A DNA stretch of 64,000 nucleotides from Planctomycetota bacterium (GCA_965248575.1 CBDFJQ010000002.1:2080001-2144000); one strand, 5' to 3'; positions 10,536 through 20,674 are shown, counted from the first letter of the stretch. Translations and numbers: made by a program. The notes: generated from the letters alone by a model not told the origin.

Positions 10536-10596
10536 CGTTTTGAATCGCAAGACCATCAAGGGATCCTAACCATCGCAGCTTGGCAGGCCAGCGAAC

Positions 10597-12399
10597 TCAA
10601 CCGTCGAAGCGCCACTCCGTCTGGAAGTCCCGCGCTGGAGCCTGACCGGTGACGGCCGCACGCACCATCTCCACGGGAATGGAGCCCTGCCGCAGCACAG
10701 CGTCGTGGAAGTCGCGATTGCTCATCTTCCCAGAGCCGACCAACTCCGCATGAAGCGCGCGGAACTGGAGGCCACCGAGCATGTAGGCGGCCTGATAGAG
10801 CGGCCCATAGCCCCCCTGGACTGAACGCCGCACCTCCGCCGTCGCATTGGCTCGCTCGTGCCCGACCCGGTCCATCAACAGGTCGATGCACTCGTCCGGG
10901 CTCAGCCGGCCCAGGTGGAAACCGAGCGAGAAGAGGATTCGAGCGCAGCGATGCTTGCGCCAGAAGAGCATGCCGATCTGATCCTCGGGGCCCCGCGCGA
11001 AGCCCTCATCCCAAAGCAGCATCTCCCAGTACAGAGCCCAGCCCTCCCCCCAGAACGGCGTGTTGAACAGCTGCCGGTGGGTCTTGTGGCGTTGCGTCAT
11101 GAAGCCCTGCAGGTGGTGCCCAGGGATCAACTCGTGGTGCACGGTGGCCCGGGAGAAATGGATGTTGTTGCCACGCATGCTCATGAGCTTGTCCGCATGC
11201 TCCATCCCGTCCGTGGGGAAGGCCACGCTGATCACCTCTCCTCCCGTGAAGTACGGCGTGTACTTCTGACGGGCGGGGCTCATCATCTCCATGCGCCACA
11301 CGTTCTTCGCGAAGCTGGGCACGGTGAGCAGCTCATGGGACTCGAGGAAATCCACTGCCTCGTAGGCGAGCTGCCGGATGAGCTCAGGTTGCTCGCCCGG
11401 TGCCACGTGCAATCCCTTGACGTGCTCCTGCGCGGCACGCCAATCGTCACCAAAGCCCAGCTCGCGTGATGCTTCCAGCATCCGCTCCTGGCACCACGCG
11501 AACTCCCGCTCCGCGATCTCCAGAAGCTCCTCGGCGCTGTAGGGGATCAACTCCCGCTGAAGTTCGGCCCTGAGGGCCACGCTACCGATAGGGTCACCCA
11601 GGATCGTGTCAGTGTCCCCTTCCTTCACGCCCGCGACCGTCTCACGCAGGTGTTTCGCATAGCTCCCCAGCGCCTTGTCCAACGCCTCCACGGGCTGCGC
11701 GCACCACCAGGTGAACAAAGGGTCGTAGCCGGATCGATAGGTGTTCCAGCTCTTCAGTGTCCGAGCAAGGGAACGCACATGGCTCGCCGCGCGGTTGGCG
11801 AGCAGTGGAGTGGTCTCCAGGGCCTCGCCCTCCCCTTCATGCTCTGACTCTACCGCTTCGCCCGCCTCCGACGACTCCTCCATCCGTGTGACACGCTCAG
11901 CCAGGGCCTTCACCTGGCTCGCCATCTCCGACAGCTGGCTGGCCGTCTGCTCTGCGTCCACGGGGCGCAACGCCCGGCGGCTCTCGTGCAAGCGGTGGAT
12001 GTCTTCCGCGAACGGCAAGAGCTCGGCAACCTGCTCCCACTCCGTGGCGCTCAACTCGAGGCGCCGCTGCTCGTAGCCGACGCGGTTCCGCAGGAGCTGC
12101 CAATCGATGGAATCGTCCAACGTCATGGCGTCGTAGTCCATGGCCTGGAGACCGGACATCCACACCTCGAAAAAAGCCCGCTCCTGTTCGCGACGCGCTG
12201 CGGCCAACGGGGCGTCCCACCAACGGCGCAGGGCGCCGAGATCCGTGCGGTAGCGCTGCACCACCAACCCCATGTCCCGCTCCGCCAGCATGGCGACGAG
12301 GTCTGGCGCTTCGTAGAAGGGCTCCGCCGCCTGCGTCGACAGACCGCCCACGACGCAAAGGCACGCAGCACGAAGCCACGACGTGAGTTCCAAGGCCAT
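10597..12399 (-). CDS. DUF885 family putative zinc peptidase (start uncertain)
   Basis: HHELIPGHHLQ and EGWALYWE motifs, YQAAYMLGG. Signal-like N-terminus. Confidence 0.8.
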   Translation of the reverse strand: MALELTSWLRAACLCVVGGLSTQAAEPFYEAPDLVAMLAERDMGLVVQRYRTDLGALRRWWDAPLAAARREQERAFFEVWMSGLQAMDYDAMTLDDSIDWQLLRNRVGYEQRRLELSATEWEQVAELLPFAEDIHRLHESRRALRPVDAEQTASQLSEMASQVKALAERVTRMEESSEAGEAVESEHEGEGEALETTPLLANRAASHVRSLARTLKSWNTYRSGYDPLFTWWCAQPVEALDKALGSYAKHLRETVAGVKEGDTDTILGDPIGSVALRAELQRELIPYSAEELLEIAEREFAWCQERMLEASRELGFGDDWRAAQEHVKGLHVAPGEQPELIRQLAYEAVDFLESHELLTVPSFAKNVWRMEMMSPARQKYTPYFTGGEVISVAFPTDGMEHADKLMSMRGNNIHFSRATVHHELIPGHHLQGFMTQRHKTHRQLFNTPFWGEGWALYWEMLLWDEGFARGPEDQIGMLFWRKHRCARILFSLGFHLGRLSPDECIDLLMDRVGHERANATAEVRRSVQGGYGPLYQAAYMLGGLQFRALHAELVGSGKMSNRDFHDAVLRQGSIPVEMVRAAVTGQAPARDFQTEWRFDG

Positions 12400-12586
12400 C
12401 GACGGGCCTCCGCTGAGAACCGGGAAGAGGCTTGTGATGAACGCCATGCGTTGGGACCTCCGCAGAGAAGGGGCGGATGGTATCAGGCCCTCGGCCGGGC
12501 AGCCCGTTGGGGCGGTCGTGGTAGATTCCTCCCCTTCGTCCTGTCGGACAGGCCGTGCATCCACTTCGACGAACCCCGAGCGCCTC

Positions 12587-14722
12587 ATGCTTCGCGACCG
12601 CATCGCCCGTGACCCTTCACCGGCCCGCTCCCTGGCAGCCCTGGCCGTGATGGCCGGGCTGGTCAGCTTGGCCATGTGCCTGCCGTGCTCCCCGGCGTGG
12701 TCGCAGACGGCGCCGTCACCCAGGCCGTCCGTCCCATGGCAACGCGATCTCGACGACGCGCTGGCCCTGTCGAAGGACACAGGCAAGCCGTTGCTGGTCT
12801 GCGTGAATGCCGATGGTGAACCAGCCAGCGAGTCCCTGGCAGCACGGCGCTACCACGACCCCGCATTCATCGAGTTGATGGAGGGGTTCGTTCCCGTCAT
12901 CGCCTCCGCGTTCCGGCACAACTCGACGGACCGGGGGACTGACGGCCGGCGACTGCCCTGCCCGCGCTTCGGCCGCGTCACCTGTGCCGAGCACATCGCC
13001 ATCGAACCCGTCGTCTTCGAGCGCTGGTTCCAGGGAACCCGGGTGGCTCCGCGCCATGTGGGCATCGACAAGAAGGGCAAGGCCCTGTTCGACCTCTACC
13101 TCCTGGCCAACCTGGGCATCATCGACACCACCTTGCGCAACGAAGGGCGGAAGGGTCGCCGCCTGCCCGACGCCGAGGGTCTGAGCGAGCGGGCACTGCT
13201 GGACTCAAGAGACGCCGCGGCTCGGGAGGTCCTGGAAGCGCTCTTCGTCACAACCGACGAGAAACGACGCCTGGACCTGGCCGACAAGGCGCTGTCCAAG
13301 TCACGCACGACGCAACACCCGGAAGTCCTTCGCCTCGCGCTCACGGATCCGGCACCGAAGGTGCGTCGAGCAGCCGCAGAGAAAGCCGCCAGCCTGAGCG
13401 CTTTGGTGCCCACCGACCTGGCGATCGCGGCGGCGACCGTCCTGCACGCCGACGACGTCCTGCTCGACCGCATCGCGCGCGAACTCGGGAGCCGACAGGA
13501 ACCGGACGCTCAACGCATGGCTCTGATGCTCAATGCATCCCGCGAACCGTCCCGAGCCTTGGACATCGAGGCGTGGGGCAGGAAGCTGAGCGTCGAAGAT
13601 GCCGAAGCACCGCTCCAGGACGATGAGGCGCTGCTCAATGGTCAAAGTGTACGCCTCGAGAAGGACCTGGCGGGCCGCCCCAAGGATCTGTCCCTGAGGA
13701 CTGAACTCGCCCGCACCTACCTGGCGCTCAGCCGTGCGCGCTCCTTGGGCGGCGAGCAGGACGTCAGCTACCTGTGGGAGTTGGCGAGAGAAGAAGCCTC
13801 TGCCGTACTGAAGTTCAAGAAGGCACCTCCAGCAGCCCACGCCCTCTTCGCACGCACCGACTGGTTGCTCGGTGGCCAGGCCGTCGACGCGGCCGCGGCG
13901 GCAGCGCGCGCACTCCCAGGCCTCCTGTCCGAGGCGCGCTCCAGACTCGCGGCCGAGACTCTCGATGTCTGGGTCCAGGCCCAAGCGGACCGTGCCTTCG
14001 AACAGCTGGATGCCGGAGCACTCCCGGAAGAAGCATCGATCGCGGACGTCGCGACCGGAGCGCGCTTGATCCTGCAGCACCCCCTCGCGACGGCCTGGCA
14101 ACGGGCGGCTGCCCTGGATGCCGTGGGCGGTCTGCAGTTGGACGGCCTGCACGGTGAGCTCGCCTGGTTGGGCGTTGGCAGACACCCCCTGGCGCCGGAA
14201 CTGCACGAACACCTGCGCTGGCATCTCCTGCGTGACGGCGACCCTGGGCAGGTGGGCGCGGCCTACGACACCTTGCTCTCCAGCATGTCTCCGGAGCTCC
14301 GCCCCGCCGTCCGCTGGTTCGCAGCCTTCGCTGCACTCCAGGCCGGTGACCAACTGCGCATCGCGCTGCGCACGGCCGAAGCGATCAAGAGCTACCGGCT
14401 CAGCATCGCGGGCTTCAAGGCCGCCAAGAACATGGACGAGTCCTTCACGAACACGGCAGCCTACCGGGCTCTTGCCCACGCCGGCCTCGCGCGTGTCCTG
14501 CTCGACGAGGAGTTCGTCAAGGAAGCCGCCCAGGAGTTGCTGGCGGGGCTGGCCGATGACCAGGCAGCCCTCGACCTGCCCGACGCCTATGGCGGCACGC
14601 CCCGCCAAACGACGGCAGACGTCATCACGGCGTTGCGGCGCGGGGCCTCATCGGAGACGAAGGCTGCCGATCCCGAAGCGGAACAGCTGGCTGCGCTCCT
14701 GGATGGGCTGCTGGGCTTCTAG
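12587..14722 (+). CDS. Secreted thioredoxin-like N-domain + HEAT/TPR helical protein (paralog of 26327-28708); start uncertain
   Basis: PWQRDLDDALALSKDTGKPLLV thioredoxin_7-like start without CxxC. CPRFGRVTCAEH motif. Ala/Leu-rich helical repeats. Confidence 0.65.
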   Translation: MLRDRIARDPSPARSLAALAVMAGLVSLAMCLPCSPAWSQTAPSPRPSVPWQRDLDDALALSKDTGKPLLVCVNADGEPASESLAARRYHDPAFIELMEGFVPVIASAFRHNSTDRGTDGRRLPCPRFGRVTCAEHIAIEPVVFERWFQGTRVAPRHVGIDKKGKALFDLYLLANLGIIDTTLRNEGRKGRRLPDAEGLSERALLDSRDAAAREVLEALFVTTDEKRRLDLADKALSKSRTTQHPEVLRLALTDPAPKVRRAAAEKAASLSALVPTDLAIAAATVLHADDVLLDRIARELGSRQEPDAQRMALMLNASREPSRALDIEAWGRKLSVEDAEAPLQDDEALLNGQSVRLEKDLAGRPKDLSLRTELARTYLALSRARSLGGEQDVSYLWELAREEASAVLKFKKAPPAAHALFARTDWLLGGQAVDAAAAAARALPGLLSEARSRLAAETLDVWVQAQADRAFEQLDAGALPEEASIADVATGARLILQHPLATAWQRAAALDAVGGLQLDGLHGELAWLGVGRHPLAPELHEHLRWHLLRDGDPGQVGAAYDTLLSSMSPELRPAVRWFAAFAALQAGDQLRIALRTAEAIKSYRLSIAGFKAAKNMDESFTNTAAYRALAHAGLARVLLDEEFVKEAAQELLAGLADDQAALDLPDAYGGTPRQTTADVITALRRGASSETKAADPEAEQLAALLDGLLGF

Positions 14723-14736
14723 CCCTAGACCCCCGG

Positions 14737-15264
14737 TCAGAAAGAACCCCAGTTCTGTTTGCCCGGCAGGAAGAAGCTCGGGCTCAAGAACCTCAGGATG
14801 CCTGACAGCCGGCGTGAGCTGGCGAAGCTGTCTTCGATCGCCCGCTCGGACTCGGCCAGCTCGACCTCGAAGACCTCTGCCCAGAATTCGTCGGAGGCCG
14901 CTCCGCGCTCTTCATCGGTACTGAAAAGCCCGCGCACCGCGCTCAGCTCACCCGCGTCCAGGAAGCGTCCACCACAGCCGGGACAGCTGTCGATCTGCAC
15001 CCGCATCTTCACGGAGAAGTAGTGCCGCTGCATCACAACGCTCTCGCAGCGAGGGCAGTCGTAGCGGGCATTCTTGTCGACGCAGCAGGCGGGGTCCTTG
15101 CGAATCCCGAGCAGCTGGCTGCCTGCGGATTCCTGGGCCGAGTCGAAGTGCTGCAGCTCATCCTTGTCGAACCAGAGACCGCCACAGCCACCATCGCAAA
15201 CGTCGACGGTCACGCCGTCGATCGTGCGTTCTTCCAAGCTGTTGGCACAGGCTGGGCAGTTCAT
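14737..15264 (-). CDS. Double zinc-ribbon (zf-TFIIB-like) protein
   Basis: MNCPAC...VDVCDGGCGGLWFD..EL, followed by a second CPRC...IDSCPGCGGRFLDAGEL. Confidence 0.8.
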   Translation of the reverse strand: MNCPACANSLEERTIDGVTVDVCDGGCGGLWFDKDELQHFDSAQESAGSQLLGIRKDPACCVDKNARYDCPRCESVVMQRHYFSVKMRVQIDSCPGCGGRFLDAGELSAVRGLFSTDEERGAASDEFWAEVFEVELAESERAIEDSFASSRRLSGILRFLSPSFFLPGKQNWGSF

Positions 15265-15343
15265 CTCGTTCCCTCTCGCGTCTCGAATCGGACCAACGAG
15301 ACTCCCCTTCGGGCAGGGAGTGGGATTACTTGAGCGAGCCGCC

Positions 15344-16363
15344 CTATGGGGCCGTACACGCCAACCAGCCGCGTTCCAGCTCCTGCCTGTCCAGATCCCG
15401 ACCGATGAGCTGGAGGCGTGACAAGCTGGGCATGGCGAGACGCGGGTCCTCGCCAATCTCGAACCAGCGCCCTACCACCTGCAGCACCACCGGGTGCGCC
15501 TTGTCGACGCAGCGCATGACGCCCTTGGCGCGCAGCAAATCCTGCCCGCGGCGCTCGCCCACGAAACCGATCCAGAATTTCAGCTCCTCCATGCGCAACG
15601 GAAACTCGCTCTCGAGCGTGAGGGACACCATGCCGGCCGTGTGGGCAGCATGCCCCCCCGTCTCCAGCCGCTGCTCCGCTGCTTCGAGCAGCGGCATCGG
15701 TGCGTGGGGCTGGGCGCCGCCATCCCCGAGATCGAACAGGCTGGCCACGTCCACTTCGGCACGGGTGGTCAACTGCATGGGCACGTCGGCGTTGCACGCC
15801 CGCACGGCGGCCTCGGCTGCTTTGAGTTGTTCAGGGCTGCAGCGATCCTGGTGGTTCAGGAGGATCCGGTCGGCGAAGGCCAGCTGCTCCGCGGCCTCGG
15901 GGTATTTCGCGAGCTGGCTGATCACATCCGCCGCATTGGCCACCGTCACGATGCCGTCCAGGCGCAAGGCATCGGACAGCTCTGGCATGTGCAAGGTGGC
16001 AGCTGCCGGGCCCGGGGACGCCAAGCCGGAGGCTTCGATGATCACCCGCTCGAAGCGCGTGGTGGGCAGCAGCCGTCGGTCCCTGCCCCGGACCAGGGCC
16101 GCCAGGGTGTCCAGGAGGTCACCGCGAACGGTGCAGCAGATGCAGCCGTTGGCCAGCTCCACCAATTCGTCCCGGGCCCCCACCACCAGCTGCCCGTCGA
16201 TGGGCACATCCCCGAACTCGTTCACGATCACCGCGCAGCGCTGGCCGTGTTCTTCGGAGAGGATCCGATTCAGGAGGGTGGTCTTGCCGCTTCCCAGAAA
16301 GCCTGCCAGGAGGCTGACGGGAACCCTTGGGTCAGCGGTCGAGGGGGAGGGAGGAGGGCTCAT
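15344..16363 (-). CDS. COG0523/CobW-family G3E GTPase metallochaperone
   Basis: GFLGSGKTT, NEFG, GCICCTVRGDL, EASGLA; CobW_C-like LLRAKG..LQLIGRDLD. Confidence 0.9.
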   Translation of the reverse strand: MSPPPSPSTADPRVPVSLLAGFLGSGKTTLLNRILSEEHGQRCAVIVNEFGDVPIDGQLVVGARDELVELANGCICCTVRGDLLDTLAALVRGRDRRLLPTTRFERVIIEASGLASPGPAAATLHMPELSDALRLDGIVTVANAADVISQLAKYPEAAEQLAFADRILLNHQDRCSPEQLKAAEAAVRACNADVPMQLTTRAEVDVASLFDLGDGGAQPHAPMPLLEAAEQRLETGGHAAHTAGMVSLTLESEFPLRMEELKFWIGFVGERRGQDLLRAKGVMRCVDKAHPVVLQVVGRWFEIGEDPRLAMPSLSRLQLIGRDLDRQELERGWLACTAP

Positions 16364-16508
16364 GGGGGCCGGTGATCCTCTCACGCAAGGTCCCTCCGTA
16401 CACCCTCAGATCTGCCGGCCGGGCCTGCCAACGCTTCAAAGCGTCAGGCGGCTGGCGTAGGCTGAGGCGAGTGCCGCCCGAGCCAATGACCAGGGAACGC
16501 CAGCGCTC

Positions 16509-17462
16509 ATGACCACCGCCTCGCCCGCCGCGCCACCACCCGCGGAACAGCCCAACGACATGAACTCAGACACGCCCCCCGCCAGCAGCCAGCTTGGCAA
16601 CGCCCCGAGCAGCCCGGAGGCCAGCGGCCCCCTGTCGCTGCGCCTGGCCGACTTCCCCGACAAGGAACATCTCGCGGGGCACGGCAACTGGCTCTACAAG
16701 ATCCCGTTCCGGGGCGACTACGCGGTGCTGAAGATCTACTTCGGCAACCGCAACCCGCTGCTGCACTGGAAGAAGAGCTTCGGCAACCTGTTCATCACCG
16801 GTCGCACCGGGCACCTGCCCCGCACCCGCTGCAAGGTCGAAGTGGACTGCGTGAACCTGTGGGAGAAGCACGGCTTCCCCTGCTTCGGCATGCACCCCGA
16901 GGTCACCTTCGAAGACGTGCCCGAAGGTGGCTACATGCTCTTCGACTATGTGCCGGGCATCCACTTCCGCAGCTACTTCCGGGACGAAACCGTCCCGATG
17001 GAAGAGCGCATGAAGACCTGGGAGACGTGGCTGCCCATCTGGCATCGCCGGCACAAGCTCGCCGTCGAGCTACGCGAGCCCGGGCTGATCCACGAGAACG
17101 GCGACATGAAGCACGTCATGTTGTGGAAGGGCGAGTTCGTCAACTTCGACTTCGAGATCGTCTTCCGCTCGAAGGACATCCCCGACCTGGTCGGTCGCGA
17201 GATGCTGGCTTACATGCGCAGCATCGGCAAGGCCTTCGGCGACGAGATGTACGACCGCATGATGGATGGCATCATCAAGTGGTACCCGGACAAGGCGATG
17301 CTCATGGAGGCCTATGTGCACGCCATCGAGAACCGCAATCCGATGATGCGTTTCTTCCGCGGCCTCGACCGCAAGTTCCGCAGCGCGAACAAGAAGCAGT
17401 ACAGCAAGTACAACGTCGCGATCGATCTGAAGCGTCGCTTGGACGAGGCCGCTCTCAATTAA
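16509..17462 (+). CDS. Atypical protein-kinase-like fold protein (Kdo/RIO-like)
   Basis: VLKIY (beta3 Lys), KVEVD (helix C Glu), IHENGDMKHV in the catalytic-loop position, then NFDFE. Confidence 0.5.
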   Translation: MTTASPAAPPPAEQPNDMNSDTPPASSQLGNAPSSPEASGPLSLRLADFPDKEHLAGHGNWLYKIPFRGDYAVLKIYFGNRNPLLHWKKSFGNLFITGRTGHLPRTRCKVEVDCVNLWEKHGFPCFGMHPEVTFEDVPEGGYMLFDYVPGIHFRSYFRDETVPMEERMKTWETWLPIWHRRHKLAVELREPGLIHENGDMKHVMLWKGEFVNFDFEIVFRSKDIPDLVGREMLAYMRSIGKAFGDEMYDRMMDGIIKWYPDKAMLMEAYVHAIENRNPMMRFFRGLDRKFRSANKKQYSKYNVAIDLKRRLDEAALN

Positions 17463-17463
17463 G

Positions 17464-18297
17464 TTGGAGGCGACCGGCCGCCCGAGCAAGACACCGCCCC
17501 AGGGGAACCGGCTTTGGCGGGTGAACACCGCCACCGGACCCGTGATCCAGAAGCTCTACCGGCGGCGAACGGGTTGGCCGCGGGAGGAGCTGCGAGCGTT
17601 CTTCACGTGGCTTGCAGGGCGCAAGACATCTCCCCTGGCCCAGGGCCGCTACGAAACGGAGCGGCGCATGCTCGCCTGCTGGCGCGAGGCAGGGATCGAC
17701 GTGCCGCGCGAACTCTCGGCGGAGCACCCCGATCTGGCAGGGCGCCGCAGCCTGGTCCTGGAGTTCCTGGAGGGCCCTCTGTTGCTCCAGTTGCTCAAGC
17801 CGAAGGCCAAGACACCGGCCGCTCAACGGGACCAGCTGCTTCGGCGCTTCGGTTCCGATTGGCGAGCTCGTCACGACCTGGCCGTGCAGCGCGCGGACCC
17901 GGCGTTCATCCAGGAGCACGGCTCCCTGGCACACGTCCTGGTACAGGGCGAGCGTTTCGTCACCTTCGACCTGGAGCAGGGGTTCCGCTCCCGAGGCAGC
18001 GTGCTCCCCGTGTTGGCCAAGGAGGTCGCCGACACCCTGCGGACGCTCATGGGCCGAGGTGACCCGGCGAGCTTCCTACCAGACCTCGCATCCCTTGTGA
18101 GCGGCTACGGTGACCGGGAACGCCTGCACAGCGTCATCGACTACTACCTGCGACCGCAATATCTAGCGCATCGCCTCGCCTGGCGCTTCGATCGGTGGCG
18201 GGAGAAGAAGCTGGGGCGCAGGGCGAGCAAGTACGCTGCCCTGGAGGAGTTGGAAGCTGTTCTGCGCGCCACCCAGGGTCCGGTGAGCGACCAGTGA
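17464..18297 (+). CDS. Atypical kinase-like protein, paralog of the upstream gene
   Basis: IQKLY, ETERRML, LEFLEG, IQEHGSLAHV, TFDLE. The SKY motif near the C-terminus is shared with the upstream paralog. Confidence 0.5.
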   Translation: MEATGRPSKTPPQGNRLWRVNTATGPVIQKLYRRRTGWPREELRAFFTWLAGRKTSPLAQGRYETERRMLACWREAGIDVPRELSAEHPDLAGRRSLVLEFLEGPLLLQLLKPKAKTPAAQRDQLLRRFGSDWRARHDLAVQRADPAFIQEHGSLAHVLVQGERFVTFDLEQGFRSRGSVLPVLAKEVADTLRTLMGRGDPASFLPDLASLVSGYGDRERLHSVIDYYLRPQYLAHRLAWRFDRWREKKLGRRASKYAALEELEAVLRATQGPVSDQ

Positions 18298-18380
18298 GCA
18301 CCCAGTCAGCGCAACGGGCCCCGTTCGCGAACCGCCCCCCCACCGCGCAAACTGAGGTTGCGAGGCGCAGGCCGCGCCGA

Positions 18381-18386
18381 TAGCTT
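18381..18386 (+). promoter_or_regulatory. Candidate -10 element (TAGCTT), possibly leaderless transcript
   Basis: TAnnnT 7 nt before ATG 18394. No clear RBS. Confidence 0.3.
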
Positions 18387-18393
18387 GAGCGCC

Positions 18394-19371
18394 ATGAGCG
18401 CCCCACCGACAGAAAGCGCGCAACCCGCCCCGGGCGAGGCGGCGGCGCACGCACCTCGCCGCGATCAACGAGCTCCGTCCAGGTCCCGCGACTGGTTCCT
18501 GGGCTGGGGCTGGTGGCTCAAGGAACACCTGCTCCCGGCCTACATCTCCGAGAGCTCCCCGATCCTGGTGGGCGGCTGCGGCCGCAGCGGGACGACGCTC
18601 CTGCAGGTCATCATGGATGCTCATCCGGACCTCTGCTGCGTCCGGGAGAGCAGTATCTTCCACCTCGGCAAGCTGGACACCTCCAAGCTGGCCAACCGCT
18701 TGGGCCTGCCCATCGAACGGGTCCGTGAGCTCGCCGACGAGAGCCCGCGCCACGCGCAGTTCGTCGAGCGCGTCTGCGGTGAGTACGCAGCGCGCATGCA
18801 CAAGCCCCGCTGGGCAGACAAGAGCCCGCGCAACGTGCGTCGCCTGGGCTACATCTTCAAGCATTTCCCCAAGGCGCGCTTCGTGCATCTCCTGCGGGAT
18901 GGCAGGGATGCTGCCTGCTCCCTGCGCACCCACCCCAAGTACAAACGCATCGACGGTGAGCTGGTGGAGGTCGGCACCTGGAAGCGCTTCGAGGGCTGCG
19001 CCCAGCGCTGGCAAGACGATGTGCATGAAGGCCTGGCCTGGCGCGGGCACCCCGGCTACCTGGAACTGCGCTACGAGGATCTCGTCAGCGAGCCCGAGCA
19101 GCACCTGCGGACGCTCTTCGAGTTTCTCGGCGCGCCCTGGACTCCAGACGTCCTGGAGTACCACCGGGTCGATCAGCGTTCCCACAAGGACCCCGGCTTC
19201 GAGAAGCCGCTTTTTCGCTCGTCCATCGGACGCTGGCGGGAGAACATGTCGCCAGAAGACGGCGCCACCTTCCTGCGCATCGCCGGCGAGCAACTCAAGC
19301 TGCTCGGCTACGCCCAGGACGACGACTGGATCCAAGAACTCACGGCAGGCAACGGGAAACCTCGACGATGA
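18394..19371 (+). CDS. PAPS-dependent sulfotransferase (Sulfotransfer_3)
   Basis: 5'-PSB GCGRSGTTLL, WADKSP, 3'-PB RDGRDAACS, RYEDL. Confidence 0.9.
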   Translation: MSAPPTESAQPAPGEAAAHAPRRDQRAPSRSRDWFLGWGWWLKEHLLPAYISESSPILVGGCGRSGTTLLQVIMDAHPDLCCVRESSIFHLGKLDTSKLANRLGLPIERVRELADESPRHAQFVERVCGEYAARMHKPRWADKSPRNVRRLGYIFKHFPKARFVHLLRDGRDAACSLRTHPKYKRIDGELVEVGTWKRFEGCAQRWQDDVHEGLAWRGHPGYLELRYEDLVSEPEQHLRTLFEFLGAPWTPDVLEYHRVDQRSHKDPGFEKPLFRSSIGRWRENMSPEDGATFLRIAGEQLKLLGYAQDDDWIQELTAGNGKPRR

Positions 19372-20276
19372 CCACACCCTGGCAGGCGAAGGCCCTCGAC
19401 TATGTGAAGCGACCCGGATACGCCATGCGCGCGCAACGTGTGGACGTCAACAAGGTCGAAAGCACCGTCATGGCCTTGGGGCCCAACCGCAACATGACGA
19501 CCCTGACGGCGAGCTTGATTGCGTTGCACCCCAACTGCCAGGTCCTCAACAACGCAGGGTACAGGCACATGGTGCACGCCGAAGCGCTGCTCGCCAACCC
19601 GACCAAGGACGAGTACCAGCGCTTCGTGCGCTCGGCCATCTACAAGTCCCAAGGCGGCCGTCGGGGCCACTACGGGGGGACCATCACCCTCTCCCACGCC
19701 TTCGACCGCCCGGCCGTTCGTGACGCCTACGAGTCACGTTTCGGCAAGTCGGTCCTGAAGAAGGACGTCCGCTGCCTGTACTGGAAGAGCGCCGTCCAGC
19801 TCACGGCGATGATCCGCGCGAAGGGCATCGACCTCTCGGAGGTCGTGGCGAAGAACGACAAGATCCGTTTCCTGATGCCCATCAGGAACCCCCTCGACTG
19901 CGCCATGTCGAACTACCGGCTGGGGCACTACAAGCACTTCCCGGAAGTGAACGGGCAGCCCATCGAGAAGGTCGTCGACTTCTTCGTGGAGCTCGTCGCC
20001 TGGTTCCTCGACAACCGCGCCAAGCACCCCGACAACTTCTTCTGCTACTTCCAGTCCGAGTTTGATCGGCAGACCTTGCTCGACCTGGCGGCCTTCCTGA
20101 AGTCACCTGCGGACGAGACCTGGATCAACAGCTGCCTCGAGTCACGTCTCAAGGGCAAGCCGTACGAGTACGCGCCCGGCATGGTGGACTCCTACCGCGC
20201 GTCGATCAAAAAGCACCTCGGCGCACACCCGGAGGCGGCGGCCACGCTCAACGGTATGGTCCCCGCCGAGAGCTGA
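19368..20276 (+). CDS. Sulfotransferase-like protein with degenerate PSB loop
   Basis: LGPNRNMTTL..LIALHP and IRNPLDCAMS resemble the PAPS-binding motifs. ATGA overlap with the upstream gene. Confidence 0.6.
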   Translation: MTTPWQAKALDYVKRPGYAMRAQRVDVNKVESTVMALGPNRNMTTLTASLIALHPNCQVLNNAGYRHMVHAEALLANPTKDEYQRFVRSAIYKSQGGRRGHYGGTITLSHAFDRPAVRDAYESRFGKSVLKKDVRCLYWKSAVQLTAMIRAKGIDLSEVVAKNDKIRFLMPIRNPLDCAMSNYRLGHYKHFPEVNGQPIEKVVDFFVELVAWFLDNRAKHPDNFFCYFQSEFDRQTLLDLAAFLKSPADETWINSCLESRLKGKPYEYAPGMVDSYRASIKKHLGAHPEAAATLNGMVPAES

Positions 20277-20479
20277 GTTGCGCGCAGCGCAGAGCCCATC
20301 ATCACCGGCAAGTCCCCTACCAGCACCCGGGCGTTCTTGATGGAACCGTCCGGCAACTCCAGGCGCTCCTGCTCCACAGCATCGAAGGCCCGCTTCAGGA
20401 ACTCCAGCTGCGCCGACAGGTCCTCCACCAAGAGGTCGGGCGTGATCGTGTGAAAACCCTCGGGGACGGCTTGGACCAT
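20192..20479 (-). pseudogene. Truncated PhnB/VOC (glyoxalase-like) gene, N-terminal half only
   Basis: MVQAVPEGFHTITPDLLV..LEFLKRAFDA..DGSIKNARVLVGD..VMMG is a typical PhnB-like N-half. After about 62 aa the frame continues antisense into the convergent gene. Confidence 0.6.
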
Positions 20480-20557
20480 GGTTGGGCTCGGAAGAGGGCG
20501 GGATGGAATGCGTCAACCAGCGCAGGGCCGCCCGCACCCGGGCGACCCCGCGCCATC

Positions 20558-20599
20558 TAGTTCACGTATCCAATCAATAGTTAACGATTGCGTTAACTA
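20558..20599. promoter_or_regulatory. Putative operator: TAGTTAACG-attg-CGTTAACTA palindrome plus upstream imperfect half-site TAGTTCACG
   Basis: Perfect 9-bp inverted repeat at 20578-20599 in an AT-rich patch, about 100 bp upstream of the VOC gene. Extra half-site at 20558-20566. Confidence 0.55.
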
Positions 20600-20646
20600 A
20601 CATCAGCGCCTGATCGCGCGTCCTCGAGCTGCTCACCATCAACCCT

Positions 20647-20667
20647 GGGGCGCGTTCGAAGCGCCCC
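20647..20667 (-). terminator. GC hairpin downstream of the ECF/STK/small-gene block (possible terminator)
   Basis: GGGGCGC-gttcgaa-GCGCCCC just after the stop at 20675. No clear U-tract. Confidence 0.3.
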
Positions 20668-20674
20668 GCGGGCC

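Noticed and set aside
20578..20599. dif site or IS terminal repeat
   Set aside because: Does not match the XerC/XerD dif layout. No second copy or transposase is seen.
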